A DNA stretch of 64,000 bases from the NCBI GenBank assembly GCA_965218095.1, contig OZ244587.1, positions 1,536,001 through 1,600,000 on the forward strand, read 5' to 3'. The notes below the pieces were generated by a model. It did not search any database, was not told the DNA's origin, and was given only the letters and a program-made list of their open reading frames with translations. The translations under genes and the position numbers were made by a program. This DNA is from Candidatus Poribacteria bacterium. Its GTDB lineage: Bacteria > Poribacteria > WGA-4E > PCPOR2b. Positions 38,980 to 49,724 of this stretch are shown in pieces. Positions within the stretch are counted from its first letter, which is position 1, and every line of letters begins with the position of its first letter.

Positions 38980-39538
38980 GTTGCTATCTCGATTTTGAAC
39001 AGTTCCCAGGCTTCTTCCTGGAGATTTTAACCAATATAGACAACGCGAAGAATTTGAGAAACTCTCACTTCCTCACCTAACTCGACAGCGATTCACGTCT
39101 CAAAACGGTATAAGCCTCATTGAGGACAAAATTGGTTGTAATGAATCGCGTCTGTGCTGCGCTGCGATTAAGGACTGATGGATCTGCTGGGCGACATCAA
39201 AATGACGATTGGTATTTCAATGCCACCCAACCTTGCGCGTCAATAAAGGCTCGTTGGTTCATAAGTGTTTTGTTTGCCTTTCCCATAGAGGTAGTCATCC
39301 AATCACTCGGATAAATCCGCCGGAGCATCGGTTTTGTGCGATTTGATTTGAGAAATGGAATCCTGAAATTTACATCTTCAGCTAACTCTTCCTTGAGCTA
39401 TTGCGCGGCTTCTTCAACATCAACGAAGACAGATTCCTTGGACAGTTGTTTCTCGAAAAACTCAGTTGGTACGATTACATGTGTCCGTTTGCCTGCTGCA
39501 TCAACTACATATTGTGCCTGAAATGGTATGGTTTCCAT
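38980..39538 (-). pseudogene. Decayed VapBC-like toxin-antitoxin pair
   Basis: Antitoxin METIPFQAQYVVDAAGKRTHVIVP...DLSE*LDDYLYG (ATG 39538); PIN toxin MNQRAFIDAQGWVAL...FITTNFVLNEAYTVLR...EEAWELF (ATG 39262), with stops and frameshifts. Confidence 0.7.
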
Positions 39539-39561
39539 TTTTGTTCTCCTTATTTTGTTAC

Positions 39562-42519
39562 CTAAAACGCTTGTCCCAAGCCAAAGTGGAACATTACATC
39601 CGGATCGACACGCACAAGGTCTGTGCGACGGGCTACATCGAAATCGAGCGAAAAAAGTCCAAGCTGTAATCGAAGCCCAATGCCGATTGAACCTTTGACA
39701 TCATCAAGGCGATACCGATTTCCGTCACGCTTAAAAACGTGATACGGGTTATCGGCATTAAACTCTTCCTCCGACCAAACTGTGCCGAAATCAGCGAAGA
39801 TGATGCCACGAATGCCTCCAATCGCCCATGCGAAGGGCCAACCGAAACGCAGTTCGTCAATAAATGGAATCCGGATCTCAAAGTTCAGCAGCCCCATCTG
39901 TGTACCGATGAGTTCTTCATAACGATAGCCTCGCAAAGTATCAATTCCACCGAGATAGAAGAGGGAGTGGTCTTGTCCGAAACTCCCACCCAAAAGCAGA
40001 CGGGTTGCAAATGTTGAACGTCTGCCGAGCTTAAAGTATCGACGGACGTCCAGAATAGCATTGGTCAACTCGAGATCGCTCCCTAACCCACGGAACGACT
40101 TCTCAAAGCTGAGATTATAACGTGTACCCGTGTAGGGCCCAAACTCTCTCCACATTGTCGTATCGCCAACCAGAGAAAACACCCCGAGCATCAGGAATCC
40201 CCGATCATCTTCGCGATCGGTTTCAAACCGAAAGGCGAAGGGGGTAGAGTACATCATCAGTTGTAACTCAAAGCGGCGATAACGATTGAACGGATAGTTG
40301 AGAAATCCTACCATTCCCGTTAAGCGCTGCAAGACGCGGCGACGATTGCGTGTCGTCCCTAACAGGTGATACTCATGATAGTTGAAGAGTGCCGCGCCAA
40401 AATCCGCACGACGCAAAAGATAACCGTATCGAGCCACAAAATCCGGAGCTAGAAAACCGGACTGATTCACGACACTTAACCCCAGACGATGATTTCCCAT
40501 CATATCGCTGGCGACGAGCTCCGTTGAGTTGCGCAGTAAACCATCAGCACCAAGGCTAAAGTTCGTGAAGATCGCATCTAAACCGATCTTCGTACTATAC
40601 TTCCGGCGGGCGATTCGATGTGGTGATTTCTGTGTAGATTCCATGGAAACCGGCTGGAAATCCAGAGGCAGCATGTCAATCTTTTCATTAATCGCCTTCT
40701 CTGTTTCCATGACATAAATGTCTTGCTTGCCCGATTGGTAGGCGCCAAATACGATCTGTTTCCGATCCGGCGAAAAACTGGGATTGAAACAGCCGGTTAT
40801 GATATTGGTCAGGCGGGTGAGCTCTGTCCCGTCCGGTCTCACTGTGTACAGGTCATAAACGCCATGCAGATCTGAGCAGAAAGCCAGTTGTTCACCGTCG
40901 GCAGTCCAAGTCCAATGTGGGCTGATGGCATTGTGCTCTCCATAAGTCAATTGCCGCTGCGTGCGACGGTTAACATCAATGATGATCAGCCTATACCTGC
41001 CTTCTCGCTCCGAGGCGTAAACAATTTCTTCCTCTGTCGGATGCCATGAGGGGTAGCTATCATCAAAGGTGTCATCTGTTAAACGGGTAATATCTTCTGT
41101 CGCCAGGGATATAATAAACAGATCAGTTTGTCCGTTTTTCAGCGCAGCAAAAACAATGCGTTCACCGCTTCCATCGTAGCTTGGCGAATGAGTGGCGTCA
41201 AAGTCGAGTTTGATGCGGCGTGTTAGCTTTTTGGTGATAATGTTAACCTCAAGGAGATAATCTGAGCCACGATATTTCGCAATGAAGGCGATGCAATCTC
41301 CGTCGGGGGACCAGGCCAGCCCATTACCCTCCGTCCGAATCTCTTCGTATTTACTTCGGAAAAAAGATTTGCTGATGCGATCTAATCGGTTTCCATCCTT
41401 GACAGACATGAGAACAATTTCACCAAATCCATCGTTACCCGTCACGTATGCGATGATGTCACCGCTAGGGGACCAAATGGGTTTCGCATTATGGGAGTAG
41501 CGTGACTTTTTCGTGAGATGCCTAGCAATCGAGTCAGGTATATCCTTACGCTCAATCATGGGCCAATACTTCTTCTGAACGATCAGGCGCCATTCTTTAT
41601 CAAATTGCTCAAGGCTAACTCCAAGTACATTCTGAAACGCCTCATCGAGATCTTTGGTCCGGATGTGTCGTAGTTCGTGCATGAGTTGTCCCACTTTGTC
41701 CCGGCCGTAAGCGTCAACCAGGTACCCGATTGCGGACTGACCAAGCTTATATCCCAAAAAGACCTGTGAACCCAGGATACGAAAATCCTGAAGGTGGGTC
41801 AGGGGAATAATCTGATCTGAGATACTTGCGTCTCTTAAAACCATTTCCCCGGTCGCATTATTGTCTTCGCCGAAATAATCCGCCATCCCCTCGATAAACC
41901 AGACCGGGGGACTATAGAGAAACTCACCGCTATAAATATGTCCGGCGGGTTTCTGATAGATGATGTCATACTGAAAGATATGCACAAGCTCGTGAAAGAT
42001 CACCTCACGAAACGTCTCCATCGAGCCAGTAAAAGGGATGACAATACGCCGCTTGAAAATCTCTGCAAATCCACCGATTCCCTCATGAACTTCCTGCAAA
42101 ATAATATTGGTCTCTTGAAAGTCTTTGTGGGAGCGGTATAAGATTAGCGGGGTCTGATCCTTGAGCTCGTGCTGAAAGTCCTCACTATGCTTCTCATAAG
42201 CTTCTTCAGCAATGTCTGCCATAATGGAGACAAGCCGCTCTTCACTGGGGTAATAATGGATGTCAAAATGATCCGTTTGATGGATGAGCCAATCGAACTG
42301 CTGATCGGTGACCTTATTTTTGCCGAAGCCCTGCCCCCAACTGCTTGTGACCAGAAGAAACAGGGAGACAACAAAAAAGAAGAACACGAACGGGTAAGAG
42401 AGTGAGCCGGTGGGTGAGTCAGCGGTGATATGCGACACACAATTCGAGATCTTGCTCCCTCGGATAGCAGCAGGACGCCATTGAATCCGTTTGGTCAATC
42501 CACTTTGTTGGGCTGTCAT
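39562..42519 (-). CDS. Peptidase MA-like, PD40/TolB propeller and BamA/TamA-type barrel outer-membrane protein
   Basis: FGKNKV, HELVH...EGMADY, WSPxG repeats, LGGIDTLRGY, terminal Phe; true start may be downstream. Confidence 0.88.
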   Translation of the reverse strand: MTAQQSGLTKRIQWRPAAIRGSKISNCVSHITADSPTGSLSYPFVFFFFVVSLFLLVTSSWGQGFGKNKVTDQQFDWLIHQTDHFDIHYYPSEERLVSIMADIAEEAYEKHSEDFQHELKDQTPLILYRSHKDFQETNIILQEVHEGIGGFAEIFKRRIVIPFTGSMETFREVIFHELVHIFQYDIIYQKPAGHIYSGEFLYSPPVWFIEGMADYFGEDNNATGEMVLRDASISDQIIPLTHLQDFRILGSQVFLGYKLGQSAIGYLVDAYGRDKVGQLMHELRHIRTKDLDEAFQNVLGVSLEQFDKEWRLIVQKKYWPMIERKDIPDSIARHLTKKSRYSHNAKPIWSPSGDIIAYVTGNDGFGEIVLMSVKDGNRLDRISKSFFRSKYEEIRTEGNGLAWSPDGDCIAFIAKYRGSDYLLEVNIITKKLTRRIKLDFDATHSPSYDGSGERIVFAALKNGQTDLFIISLATEDITRLTDDTFDDSYPSWHPTEEEIVYASEREGRYRLIIIDVNRRTQRQLTYGEHNAISPHWTWTADGEQLAFCSDLHGVYDLYTVRPDGTELTRLTNIITGCFNPSFSPDRKQIVFGAYQSGKQDIYVMETEKAINEKIDMLPLDFQPVSMESTQKSPHRIARRKYSTKIGLDAIFTNFSLGADGLLRNSTELVASDMMGNHRLGLSVVNQSGFLAPDFVARYGYLLRRADFGAALFNYHEYHLLGTTRNRRRVLQRLTGMVGFLNYPFNRYRRFELQLMMYSTPFAFRFETDREDDRGFLMLGVFSLVGDTTMWREFGPYTGTRYNLSFEKSFRGLGSDLELTNAILDVRRYFKLGRRSTFATRLLLGGSFGQDHSLFYLGGIDTLRGYRYEELIGTQMGLLNFEIRIPFIDELRFGWPFAWAIGGIRGIIFADFGTVWSEEEFNADNPYHVFKRDGNRYRLDDVKGSIGIGLRLQLGLFSLDFDVARRTDLVRVDPDVMFHFGLGQAF

Positions 42520-43361
42520 TATTTCGCCAAGAACCTTTCTTCTATTTCATAGTGCGGTGCAATTTGTCGCGTGAATTCCGAGATTGCTTGTTTCGCCAAA
42601 CTTTTTAAGATACCCGCATGCGGTGTGACTTCTGAGACGAGGAATGAACTGGCCGTATGTGCCTGAACAGCACGCCGTTCATACCGATCGTCCCGTATGA
42701 TTTCTCTTGCGTCTACTGCAGCAATCACGATTCTCAGCGAGAGGATGTAGACCTTCTCAAGGTAATACTGGTAGTCAGTGACATACCGTTGAAGTGTTCT
42801 CGAATAACGTTCGCCATAGTAAGGTCTCGGCTCACTCATTGAAAAGAAGGTATAACTTCCTGCAATGACGGCATCAGCTTCGAAATACTGACCAAGGTGG
42901 ACGAGACCATCCACATCCGATAACAGGTTATCATCAACGGCTTCACCAGTCAGCATCCGCATCGTTTCCTGTGTACTCACGACACCCAGGTTCTGATGTC
43001 GCCCCAATCCAATCCGCATCAAGGAAGCAATTTCCTGCCCTGTCTCTTCGGCAACTTCGATCCGGCGATGATCTGAATGTTGCTCCTCAATAAATGGCAG
43101 CACAGCGAAACCGGAATACTTCGTGACATCAACTGTAGATTCAACTTGAATTTGAATTGGTACCCGCGTGACTGAACGCCCACAACCCCAATAGACGCTT
43201 AGACAGATCATGATCATCAGAACTTTAACTGCTCGATCTCCCCTGCACTGCCATTGAGACGACAGGAGGAGGGTAAACTTTGGGGCACTTTTAGCCAACT
43301 TTCTCAAGTGGATGGGCCCGGTCTGATTAGGAAAGCGGAGAACACGCGTGCAAGTCTGCAT
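42519..43361 (-). CDS. Hypothetical lipoprotein (CsgG-like fold possible)
   Basis: Lipobox-like YWGC, FAVLPF, LGQYFEADAVIAG; start uncertain. Confidence 0.65.
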   Translation of the reverse strand: MQTCTRVLRFPNQTGPIHLRKLAKSAPKFTLLLSSQWQCRGDRAVKVLMIMICLSVYWGCGRSVTRVPIQIQVESTVDVTKYSGFAVLPFIEEQHSDHRRIEVAEETGQEIASLMRIGLGRHQNLGVVSTQETMRMLTGEAVDDNLLSDVDGLVHLGQYFEADAVIAGSYTFFSMSEPRPYYGERYSRTLQRYVTDYQYYLEKVYILSLRIVIAAVDAREIIRDDRYERRAVQAHTASSFLVSEVTPHAGILKSLAKQAISEFTRQIAPHYEIEERFLAK

Positions 43362-43544
43362 GATAAGTCACTTAGCGCCGGCGGAAGTTTCCCAACTCTT
43401 TAAAAAGTCGGATATCCGCCGAATTTTCGGAAGTACTTCACACCGTAAAACACCTAGATTGCGGAAAGATATGAAAAAACTAATAATCTCTGATTATTGA
43501 TTTTTTTCAATAGATTTATTGATTTTCCAGTGCCACTCTTACCC

Positions 43545-44618
43545 TTACCTGCCTCTCCCTCGGAAAAGTTTGTCCAGATAGCGTTGGCCTTGCTGTGCAT
43601 AACCCTCTCCCGGCAATTTCTTGATTACGAATTCGATGGGATCTGTAATCAAGTATGGCAACTCGAATTCGCGATTGGCTATGAATTTCGCGCCATCGCA
43701 GCCGAGATAACGCACATAAAAAAGTCCTTGGTTCATTGCTATAATTGGACGTGTCCCCTTAATCGTCCCCTCAATTCTCATGAGGTTGGCTTCGCGTGTA
43801 GAGCCAACCTTCGGAAACGGAAACAGATCTTGATAATTCCATGCAGGTGTGGGAAATACGTCCGATATCGCACTCCCATATTCAATAATCGCTATCCGTA
43901 ATACAGCAACTGCTTCTGCGAGTTCGGGGCATTGCGTCGTGCCGAGCTTTTGATCAATTTGCTCAATCGTACCGATAAAAACGCTCGTGTCGATACCGGC
44001 TTTAAGCAAAATGTCCACCTGCTTCTCGATGACGCCAAGCGCGACTAGCGTCTTTTCTCGACCGACCGCCTTCTTCCGCTCCCAGTTGTCGCTCTTGTCC
44101 TTTACCAACTTCGCCAAGGTCGCTTTGGTGATATTGTAATTTGCATCATTGCTCTTTTGATCGAGTTGCCAAGCATTTACAACCAACTACATTTTAACTA
44201 ATTGCAAATTGGGCATCGAATTACTTGTTACCATATTCAATCCGGATCGCACCGCCAGCGGCAACTCACTCAACTCTGCCCACAGGGCCTCTCTATCGGT
44301 CTTTAGAGCACCTTGTACCGCGAACTTCACCGCATTTTCAGACCACCTATCGAGGAGTCCTTCTTTTAGTTCAATCACCCTATCCGATGGGATTGTTCCT
44401 GCTTTTTCTTGCGCCGTCAGCCAAGCGAGTAGCCGCTCTATTTTCAGTTTAGCTTCTTCTTCGCCGGGCGTCACCCTCAGTGTCCGTTGAAAGAGTTGAA
44501 AGCGTTCCTGTTCCCGATCACTATCCGCCACCCGACTTTGGGAAAAGGCATACCAGGGCGTTACTAAAACCATTGCGGCAATTACATAAAACAGTCGTTG
44601 CTTGAAAAGCCCGTTCAT
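43545..44618 (-). pseudogene. Secreted hypothetical protein split by one in-frame TAG (44187-44189)
   Basis: GGAG RBS, ATG 44618, signal peptide; the two ORF-track pieces abut in the same frame. Confidence 0.65.
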
Positions 44619-44838
44619 AAATTTTTCTCCTAAAAGTGAGGATCTTCGCCTTTGAAACATTCCGGGCGAATTGCCAATTCTCGCTCGTACAGCATATCAG
44701 CAAACAATGGAAGGAGAAAGAGTACTGAGATTTTCGCAACCTGGTGTGACGCTAGAACTGATGAGCGATTGCGCCTCAGACGTCGATGCCAGTTATCATC
44801 TGGGCGCGTTCACCAAATAGAAAATCTCAGTCGTAGAT

Positions 44839-45243
44839 TTAAGATTCAGATTTATCTGTGGCCTCCGCTCCATCCACAGAAGGCGGCTTCATGCGATTGC
44901 GACGGACATGAAGACGACATTTTCTATAGTTGAAGCGATAGAACTTATTACTTGGATCCAGCTCTGTCGCATGCTTGTATGCTTCGATGGCTTCATCAAT
45001 TTTTCCCAATGCTTCGTAAGCGACCCCTAAATTATTGTATGCCTGAGCATTTTGTGGGTGGATTTCTAAGATGTGCTGCCAGCGGAAAATGGCTTCGTTC
45101 CAGAGCTGTAATTCGGCGGATTTAATCGCGAATTCATTGTACTGTTCAATTGTCGGCTGATTCTGTAAGGTAGCACACGCAAATACCACAAAGGGAAAAA
45201 CCAGCAGGAGTAATAAGAGACGGGTTGACAAATTTAATCCCAC
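44839..45243 (-). CDS. Small TPR (lipo)protein
   Basis: FAC lipobox-like; AYNNLGVAYEALGKIDEAIEAYKHA. Confidence 0.85.
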   Translation of the reverse strand: MGLNLSTRLLLLLLVFPFVVFACATLQNQPTIEQYNEFAIKSAELQLWNEAIFRWQHILEIHPQNAQAYNNLGVAYEALGKIDEAIEAYKHATELDPSNKFYRFNYRKCRLHVRRNRMKPPSVDGAEATDKSES

Positions 45244-45257
45244 CTTTCAATAGTAAT

Positions 45258-45286
45258 ATTCTACACAAACCTAATCAGATCGTCAA
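45258..45286 (-). promoter_or_regulatory. Sigma70-type promoter of the TPR gene
   Basis: TTGACG-N17-TAGAAT on the minus strand. Confidence 0.55.
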
Positions 45287-45505
45287 GCCAAAAAGGGAAC
45301 GTAGGATTGCAGTTGGTAGTGAACTCGGCGAAAATCCATAAACGGCAGAGACGTATACCACGTTTCTATGAGGACATCAAGCATCACATGGTCCCACATT
45401 TCGGCGTAACGAATTTTCTGAATCATTTTTCTGAATCATGTTGATAATTGATGACGTTATTTGCTTTGAACTGCTAAAACTTAATTCATTCAATCAAAGG
45501 AGAAT

Positions 45506-46129
45506 GTGATGCAAGCACGCCGTCAGCTATTAATGTGGGCCTTAGTGATTTTAGTGTTGAATTTGGTATTGTGGGATAGGTTACGTGACAACTCAGTAAA
45601 TGTGGATGCGTTCGATGGTGAAGCGCAACCGGATATGGCACAAATAGATCTCACAAGTCTTTTTGAATCGAACGCCTTCACTTCATACATGAATTTCAGT
45701 GAAGAATTGCCGTACAAAAGACGATTCAGTGAAGTTACAACAGAGAAATCCAGAGCGCAACCGGAATCTTCTTCGCTTTATCGAAGTATCTCCGACGTTT
45801 CAATGAACGTTTACTACGCACGCGAACATGACACGCTCTGGGAAATCTCACGGGCACACAACCTTGACCTGTATACTTTGTTAAGCATCAACAAACTGGA
45901 GAACCCAAACCTCATCCGTCCTGGGCAGGCGATTAAAATCCCGAGGTAACGGGGCGTCCTGTACCCAGTCCAGAGGGGGAAAACCCTGCAAGGTATCGCC
46001 TTGAAATACGATGTTCCTTTACAAAGAATAATCGATGCGAACACGATCACACATACCAATATGATTCAAGCGGGAACAGAGATCTTTATTCCTGGCGCCA
46101 AAATGTCCAAAGTATTGCGCAAATATTAG
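45506..46129 (+). pseudogene. Two-LysM protein with in-frame TAA at 45947-45949, probably a truncated LysM-M23 gene
   Basis: DTLWEISRAH...IRPGQAIKIPR*RGVLYPVQRGKTLQGIALKY...IQAGTEIFIPGAK. Confidence 0.75.
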
Positions 46130-46173
46130 GTGGCTAATTAAACACGGATATGCTATAAACCTTTGGTGCTAGT

Positions 46174-46311
46174 TGGCGCAAAATGTATAGAATCCGGCAC
46201 CCCCTTGAGCGCCTCCGCGCGAAGACTCCGCGCGAAGAAGCGTGCCATCCCGCACCGCACAAGGCTGCGCGTCCTATGATTGAGTGCCGGATTTTATACA
46301 CTTTTGGGCCA
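46174..46311. mobile_element. MITE-like inverted-repeat element
   Basis: ttggcgcaaaatgtatagaatccggcac / gtgccggattttatacacttttgggccag; internal 13-bp tandem duplication. Confidence 0.6.
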
Positions 46312-46440
46312 GCGGTGTAAGTCCATAGGTTGATTCTCTAATTTTATGTCATTCTCGAGGTATCCGACACCTTACGCTCACCATTCTACCACCCACCAAA
46401 AATGAACCATAGAATGAACTTGCCAACAACATCTTTATCA

Positions 46441-46469
46441 TTGCTCTAAACAGCGATCTCTGGTATACT
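46441..46469 (+). promoter_or_regulatory. Possible promoter of apt
   Basis: TTGCTC-N17-TATACT with TG extension. Confidence 0.5.
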
Positions 46470-46564
46470 AAATCTTGTCTGACAGCACATCTTTGGACAG
46501 AATACTCTTAACATTCGGTTTATGATGCCGGGGTACCATTTCTATCCTTTTATCGTCTTTCAAT

Positions 46565-46703
46565 TATATTCAACACTGCGTCAAGATGCGCTTTTAAGGG
46601 CATCTGTCATCCTGAACGAAGTGAAGGATCTCTGACGCTGAGATTCTTCGCAAAGCCTCAGAATGACAGCCGAAAAGCGCAGTTTCTGGCGGTGGGTAGT
46701 ATA
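46565..46703. mobile_element. TA-flanked MITE, same family as 9398-9534
   Basis: ctgtcatcctgaacgaagtgaaggatctct...gagattcttcgcaaagcctcagaatgacag core inside tgcgctttt/aaaagcgca arms. Confidence 0.65.
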
Positions 46704-46724
46704 CATATAGATCGGAGCGAATAT

Positions 46725-47240
46725 ATGACCGATTTTTCCAAATTTATTCGAGATATTCCCGGTTTCCCGAAACCAGGGGTCGTTTTCAAAGATATTACCC
46801 CACTACTCAAAGATCAACGTGTCTTCCGCGATGCGGTGGATACGATGGCGGCTTACTACGAGCCGAAAAATGTTGACACTATTGTGGGGATTGACGCACG
46901 AGGCTTTATTTTCGGCGGCGCACTTGCCTATCGCCTGGGTGTAGGTTTCGTTCCCATCCGCAAAAGCGGAAAACTCCCCTACCATACGCACGAAGCCAGT
47001 TATGACCTTGAGTACGGGACCGATACGCTGGCAATTCATCAGGATGCTTGTCCGGCAGGGAGTCGAGTCCTCATCTGCGATGATGTTATTGCGACCGGCG
47101 GTACAATCGCTGCCTCTATCGATCTCGTGGAGAAGCTCGGGAGTCAAGTTATCGGAATCGCCGTCCTCATTGAGCTAACCTTCCTGAAGGGGCGTGAAAA
47201 ATTTGCAGTTCACGATATTTTTTCTCTAATTGAATTTTAA
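46725..47240 (+). CDS. apt: Adenine phosphoribosyltransferase
   Basis: IRDIPGFPKPGVVFKDITPLL, GIDARGF, RKSGKLP, YDLEYG, DDVIATGGT. Confidence 0.97.
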   Translation: MTDFSKFIRDIPGFPKPGVVFKDITPLLKDQRVFRDAVDTMAAYYEPKNVDTIVGIDARGFIFGGALAYRLGVGFVPIRKSGKLPYHTHEASYDLEYGTDTLAIHQDACPAGSRVLICDDVIATGGTIAASIDLVEKLGSQVIGIAVLIELTFLKGREKFAVHDIFSLIEF

Positions 47241-47280
47241 CCCTTGATATGCTATACTATACCCTCGTTGTAGGATAGAT

Positions 47281-47356
47281 GCGCCTGTAGCTCAGGGGAT
47301 AGAGCAGGGGCTTCCTAAGCCTCGTGTCGGGGGTTCGAATCCTCCCAGGTGCACCA
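47281..47356 (+). tRNA. tRNA-Arg (CCT)
   Basis: Cloverleaf GCGCCTG...CAGGTGC-A-CCA; anticodon loop TTCCTAA; GTTCGAATC T-loop. Confidence 0.95.
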
Positions 47357-47373
47357 TTTACTTTTAGGAGAAA

Positions 47374-49557
47374 TTGATGTACAAAGTCAGTGTGTGGAAA
47401 CTCGTTTTAATCATCACAGTATTGGTATTCTCAGGGTTGTACCTGATCCCCACCCCCGATAGCCTCTACAATCCCTTATACGGGAACCTTCCCCTCTGGA
47501 TGCAAGAGAAACTCCCCAAATTTGAAGCGACCGATGAGAGTTCGTTAAAGATGAATCTGCAAGGGGTTGAATTTCCAGAAGGCGTCAATTTTAATGAGGC
47601 AACAACGCAGCTTCAGGAAGTCTTGAAGGCACGGCTGGATAAAAATGGTTTTGAGCTAGAAAAAGATTATGAATTTAATTCGACAGCAGACCGTGAGTTT
47701 CGCCTCAAGTTTACCCCAGAAAAGAGCAAAGCGGAACTAGAAACGGTTTTAGTAAATCTCCATCTTTACGGCAGTATCCCGACGATCGTACGTCGACTTA
47801 TACCGGATAATCGCTTGAAGCTCGGTCTCGATCTGAAAGGGGGCGTGCATCTCGTTCTTGAAGTCGATCTCGATGAGTCGAAGATCGAGTTACTGAAGGA
47901 ACGTGCGACTTCTATTCCTGAACGATTACGGACAGATAAAATTCATTGCAGAGAAGCGGAAATTGTCTTAGAGAAAAATGCGTTGAACGTTGTCGTGGGC
48001 ATCCCTAAACGGCTCTCGGCCCCAAATGAGCGGGCGGAATACCTGAAAAAGGCACAGGATAACCTTCAAGCGTTAGAGTTCTTTGATGACCCGCAAGAGG
48101 ATGAACCCGATACGTTGTTGTTTAGCACCGAATTAAAGTTTCAAACGGATTTAGACAAAGGTAATATCTCACAGGATTTACGAAAAGCCTTTGACAATCA
48201 AGCAATCTCACTCTCTCAAAATGTTATGATTTCGATTGAAAAGAGAGGGGGTAAGTGGCTGATAACTGATGAAGGCAACAATCAAACTTACGCCGTTAGG
48301 AAAGATGAGAACAAACTCAACATTTACCCCGGGACCCAAGTCACCTACCAGATTCGCCTCGACGAATCCGGACTGAAGCAGTATGGTGAACAAGCGATCG
48401 AGCAGGTCATGGTGGTCTTACGAAACCGTGTTGATGCCTTTGGCGTTGCTGAACCGTCGATTCGTCGCGAAGCCAACCGACCACGGATCATCGTCGAATT
48501 GCCCGGCGCAAAGAATTCTTCAAAACCACTCCAGATTGTCAAAACGATGGGACGGCTGGAATTTAAGCTGGTGCAAAAAAGTCCAAGCGGTGCAATTGCC
48601 TGGTCCGGATCGGCTGACACGCCGCCTCCCGATGATATTCCCGAGGGCACGGAAGTCCGAGGCCACCACGATGATGGAACACAGTTAGCAAATAGCTGGT
48701 ATGTGTTGCAGAGTCCAGTCCTGCTGAGAGGCGATCGAATCACGAATGCGCGTCCCACCCAGGGTAATACGAGTTTCGAGGTTGTCGTGTCTATGAGTTT
48801 CGACTCCCAAGGGCGTCGGAAATTCGCTGAAATTACCAGTAACCACGTCGGTGAACTTCTAGCCATCCTGCTCGATGGAAAAATCCAATCGGCGCCGAGG
48901 ATTAATGAACCCATCCTGCAAGGCAACGCGCAAATCTCCGGAGACTTTACTTTTGAGGAAGCCAATTACCTTGCGAATATCCTCAAAGCCGGCGCTTTTC
49001 CTGTCGGGGTAAAACCTGCCGAAGAACGTACTGTTGGTCCAACGCTCGGTCAGGAAGCAATTAACAACGGGATCTGGGCCGCGATTATTGGCATGGGAAT
49101 CGTCCTGGTCTTCATGATAATTTACTATAAGTATTCAGGCTTCATCGCGATTACCGCACTGTTCTTTAATATGCTCATCATTTTGGGGGCGCTTGCCGGA
49201 TTCGGTGCGGCTTTGACGCTGCCTGGACTTGCAGCGCTTGTTTTAACCATCGGCATAGCAGTTGATGCAAATGTTCTCATTTTTGAGCGAATTCGTGAGG
49301 AACTGTGTACCGGCAAAACCGTATGGTCTGCAATTGGTACCGGTTACCAAAAAGCCTTTTGGACCATCCTTGATGCGAATGTAACCACGTTAGCTGTTGC
49401 GCTGGTACTCTACCATTTTGGAACGGGGCCCATCAGGGGGTTTGCTGTCACGCTGGGAATCGGTATTGGTGCGAGTATGTTCACGGCAATTATCGTCACG
49501 CGAGAAATCTACGGCTGGATACTCGGCAATCGTGATGTTAAGACCTTGAGCATTTAA
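47374..49557 (+). CDS. secD: Protein translocase subunit SecD
   Basis: LGLDLKGG, RNRVDAFGVAEP, VGPTLG, LTLPGLA, IAVDANVLIFERIREE. Confidence 0.96.
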   Translation: MMYKVSVWKLVLIITVLVFSGLYLIPTPDSLYNPLYGNLPLWMQEKLPKFEATDESSLKMNLQGVEFPEGVNFNEATTQLQEVLKARLDKNGFELEKDYEFNSTADREFRLKFTPEKSKAELETVLVNLHLYGSIPTIVRRLIPDNRLKLGLDLKGGVHLVLEVDLDESKIELLKERATSIPERLRTDKIHCREAEIVLEKNALNVVVGIPKRLSAPNERAEYLKKAQDNLQALEFFDDPQEDEPDTLLFSTELKFQTDLDKGNISQDLRKAFDNQAISLSQNVMISIEKRGGKWLITDEGNNQTYAVRKDENKLNIYPGTQVTYQIRLDESGLKQYGEQAIEQVMVVLRNRVDAFGVAEPSIRREANRPRIIVELPGAKNSSKPLQIVKTMGRLEFKLVQKSPSGAIAWSGSADTPPPDDIPEGTEVRGHHDDGTQLANSWYVLQSPVLLRGDRITNARPTQGNTSFEVVVSMSFDSQGRRKFAEITSNHVGELLAILLDGKIQSAPRINEPILQGNAQISGDFTFEEANYLANILKAGAFPVGVKPAEERTVGPTLGQEAINNGIWAAIIGMGIVLVFMIIYYKYSGFIAITALFFNMLIILGALAGFGAALTLPGLAALVLTIGIAVDANVLIFERIREELCTGKTVWSAIGTGYQKAFWTILDANVTTLAVALVLYHFGTGPIRGFAVTLGIGIGASMFTAIIVTREIYGWILGNRDVKTLSI

Positions 49558-49580
49558 GAGGTCTCTCAGAAAGTCCATCC

Positions 49581-49627
49581 GTAGCCGAACTTGTGAGAGC
49601 TCAGGTATTTGGCCCGAATTCGGCTAC
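49581..49627. repeat. GTAG-type REP-like hairpin inside a MITE remnant (about 49558-49702)
   Basis: gtagccgaa...ttcggctac; related hairpin at 62461-62516; agaaagtccatccgtag occurs upstream of both. Confidence 0.6.
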
Positions 49628-49724
49628 GAAAATGGGGGGAAGGCGTCAACAACGACCACCGAATCCAGTGATTTCAGGCTTTCCAATTTTCTGACAGAAC
49701 TTAGAACAAAAGGGAGATAACAGG

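Noticed and set aside
2202-44189. Several in-frame TAG codons (2202, 23859, 44187 and others) suggesting amber recoding or pyrrolysine
   Set aside because: Many intact genes here end in TAG (secF, the kinase, the GNAT); the TAG at 23859 replaces an Asp-box Trp (TGG to TAG); TAA and frameshift lesions are also common, so ordinary decay explains it
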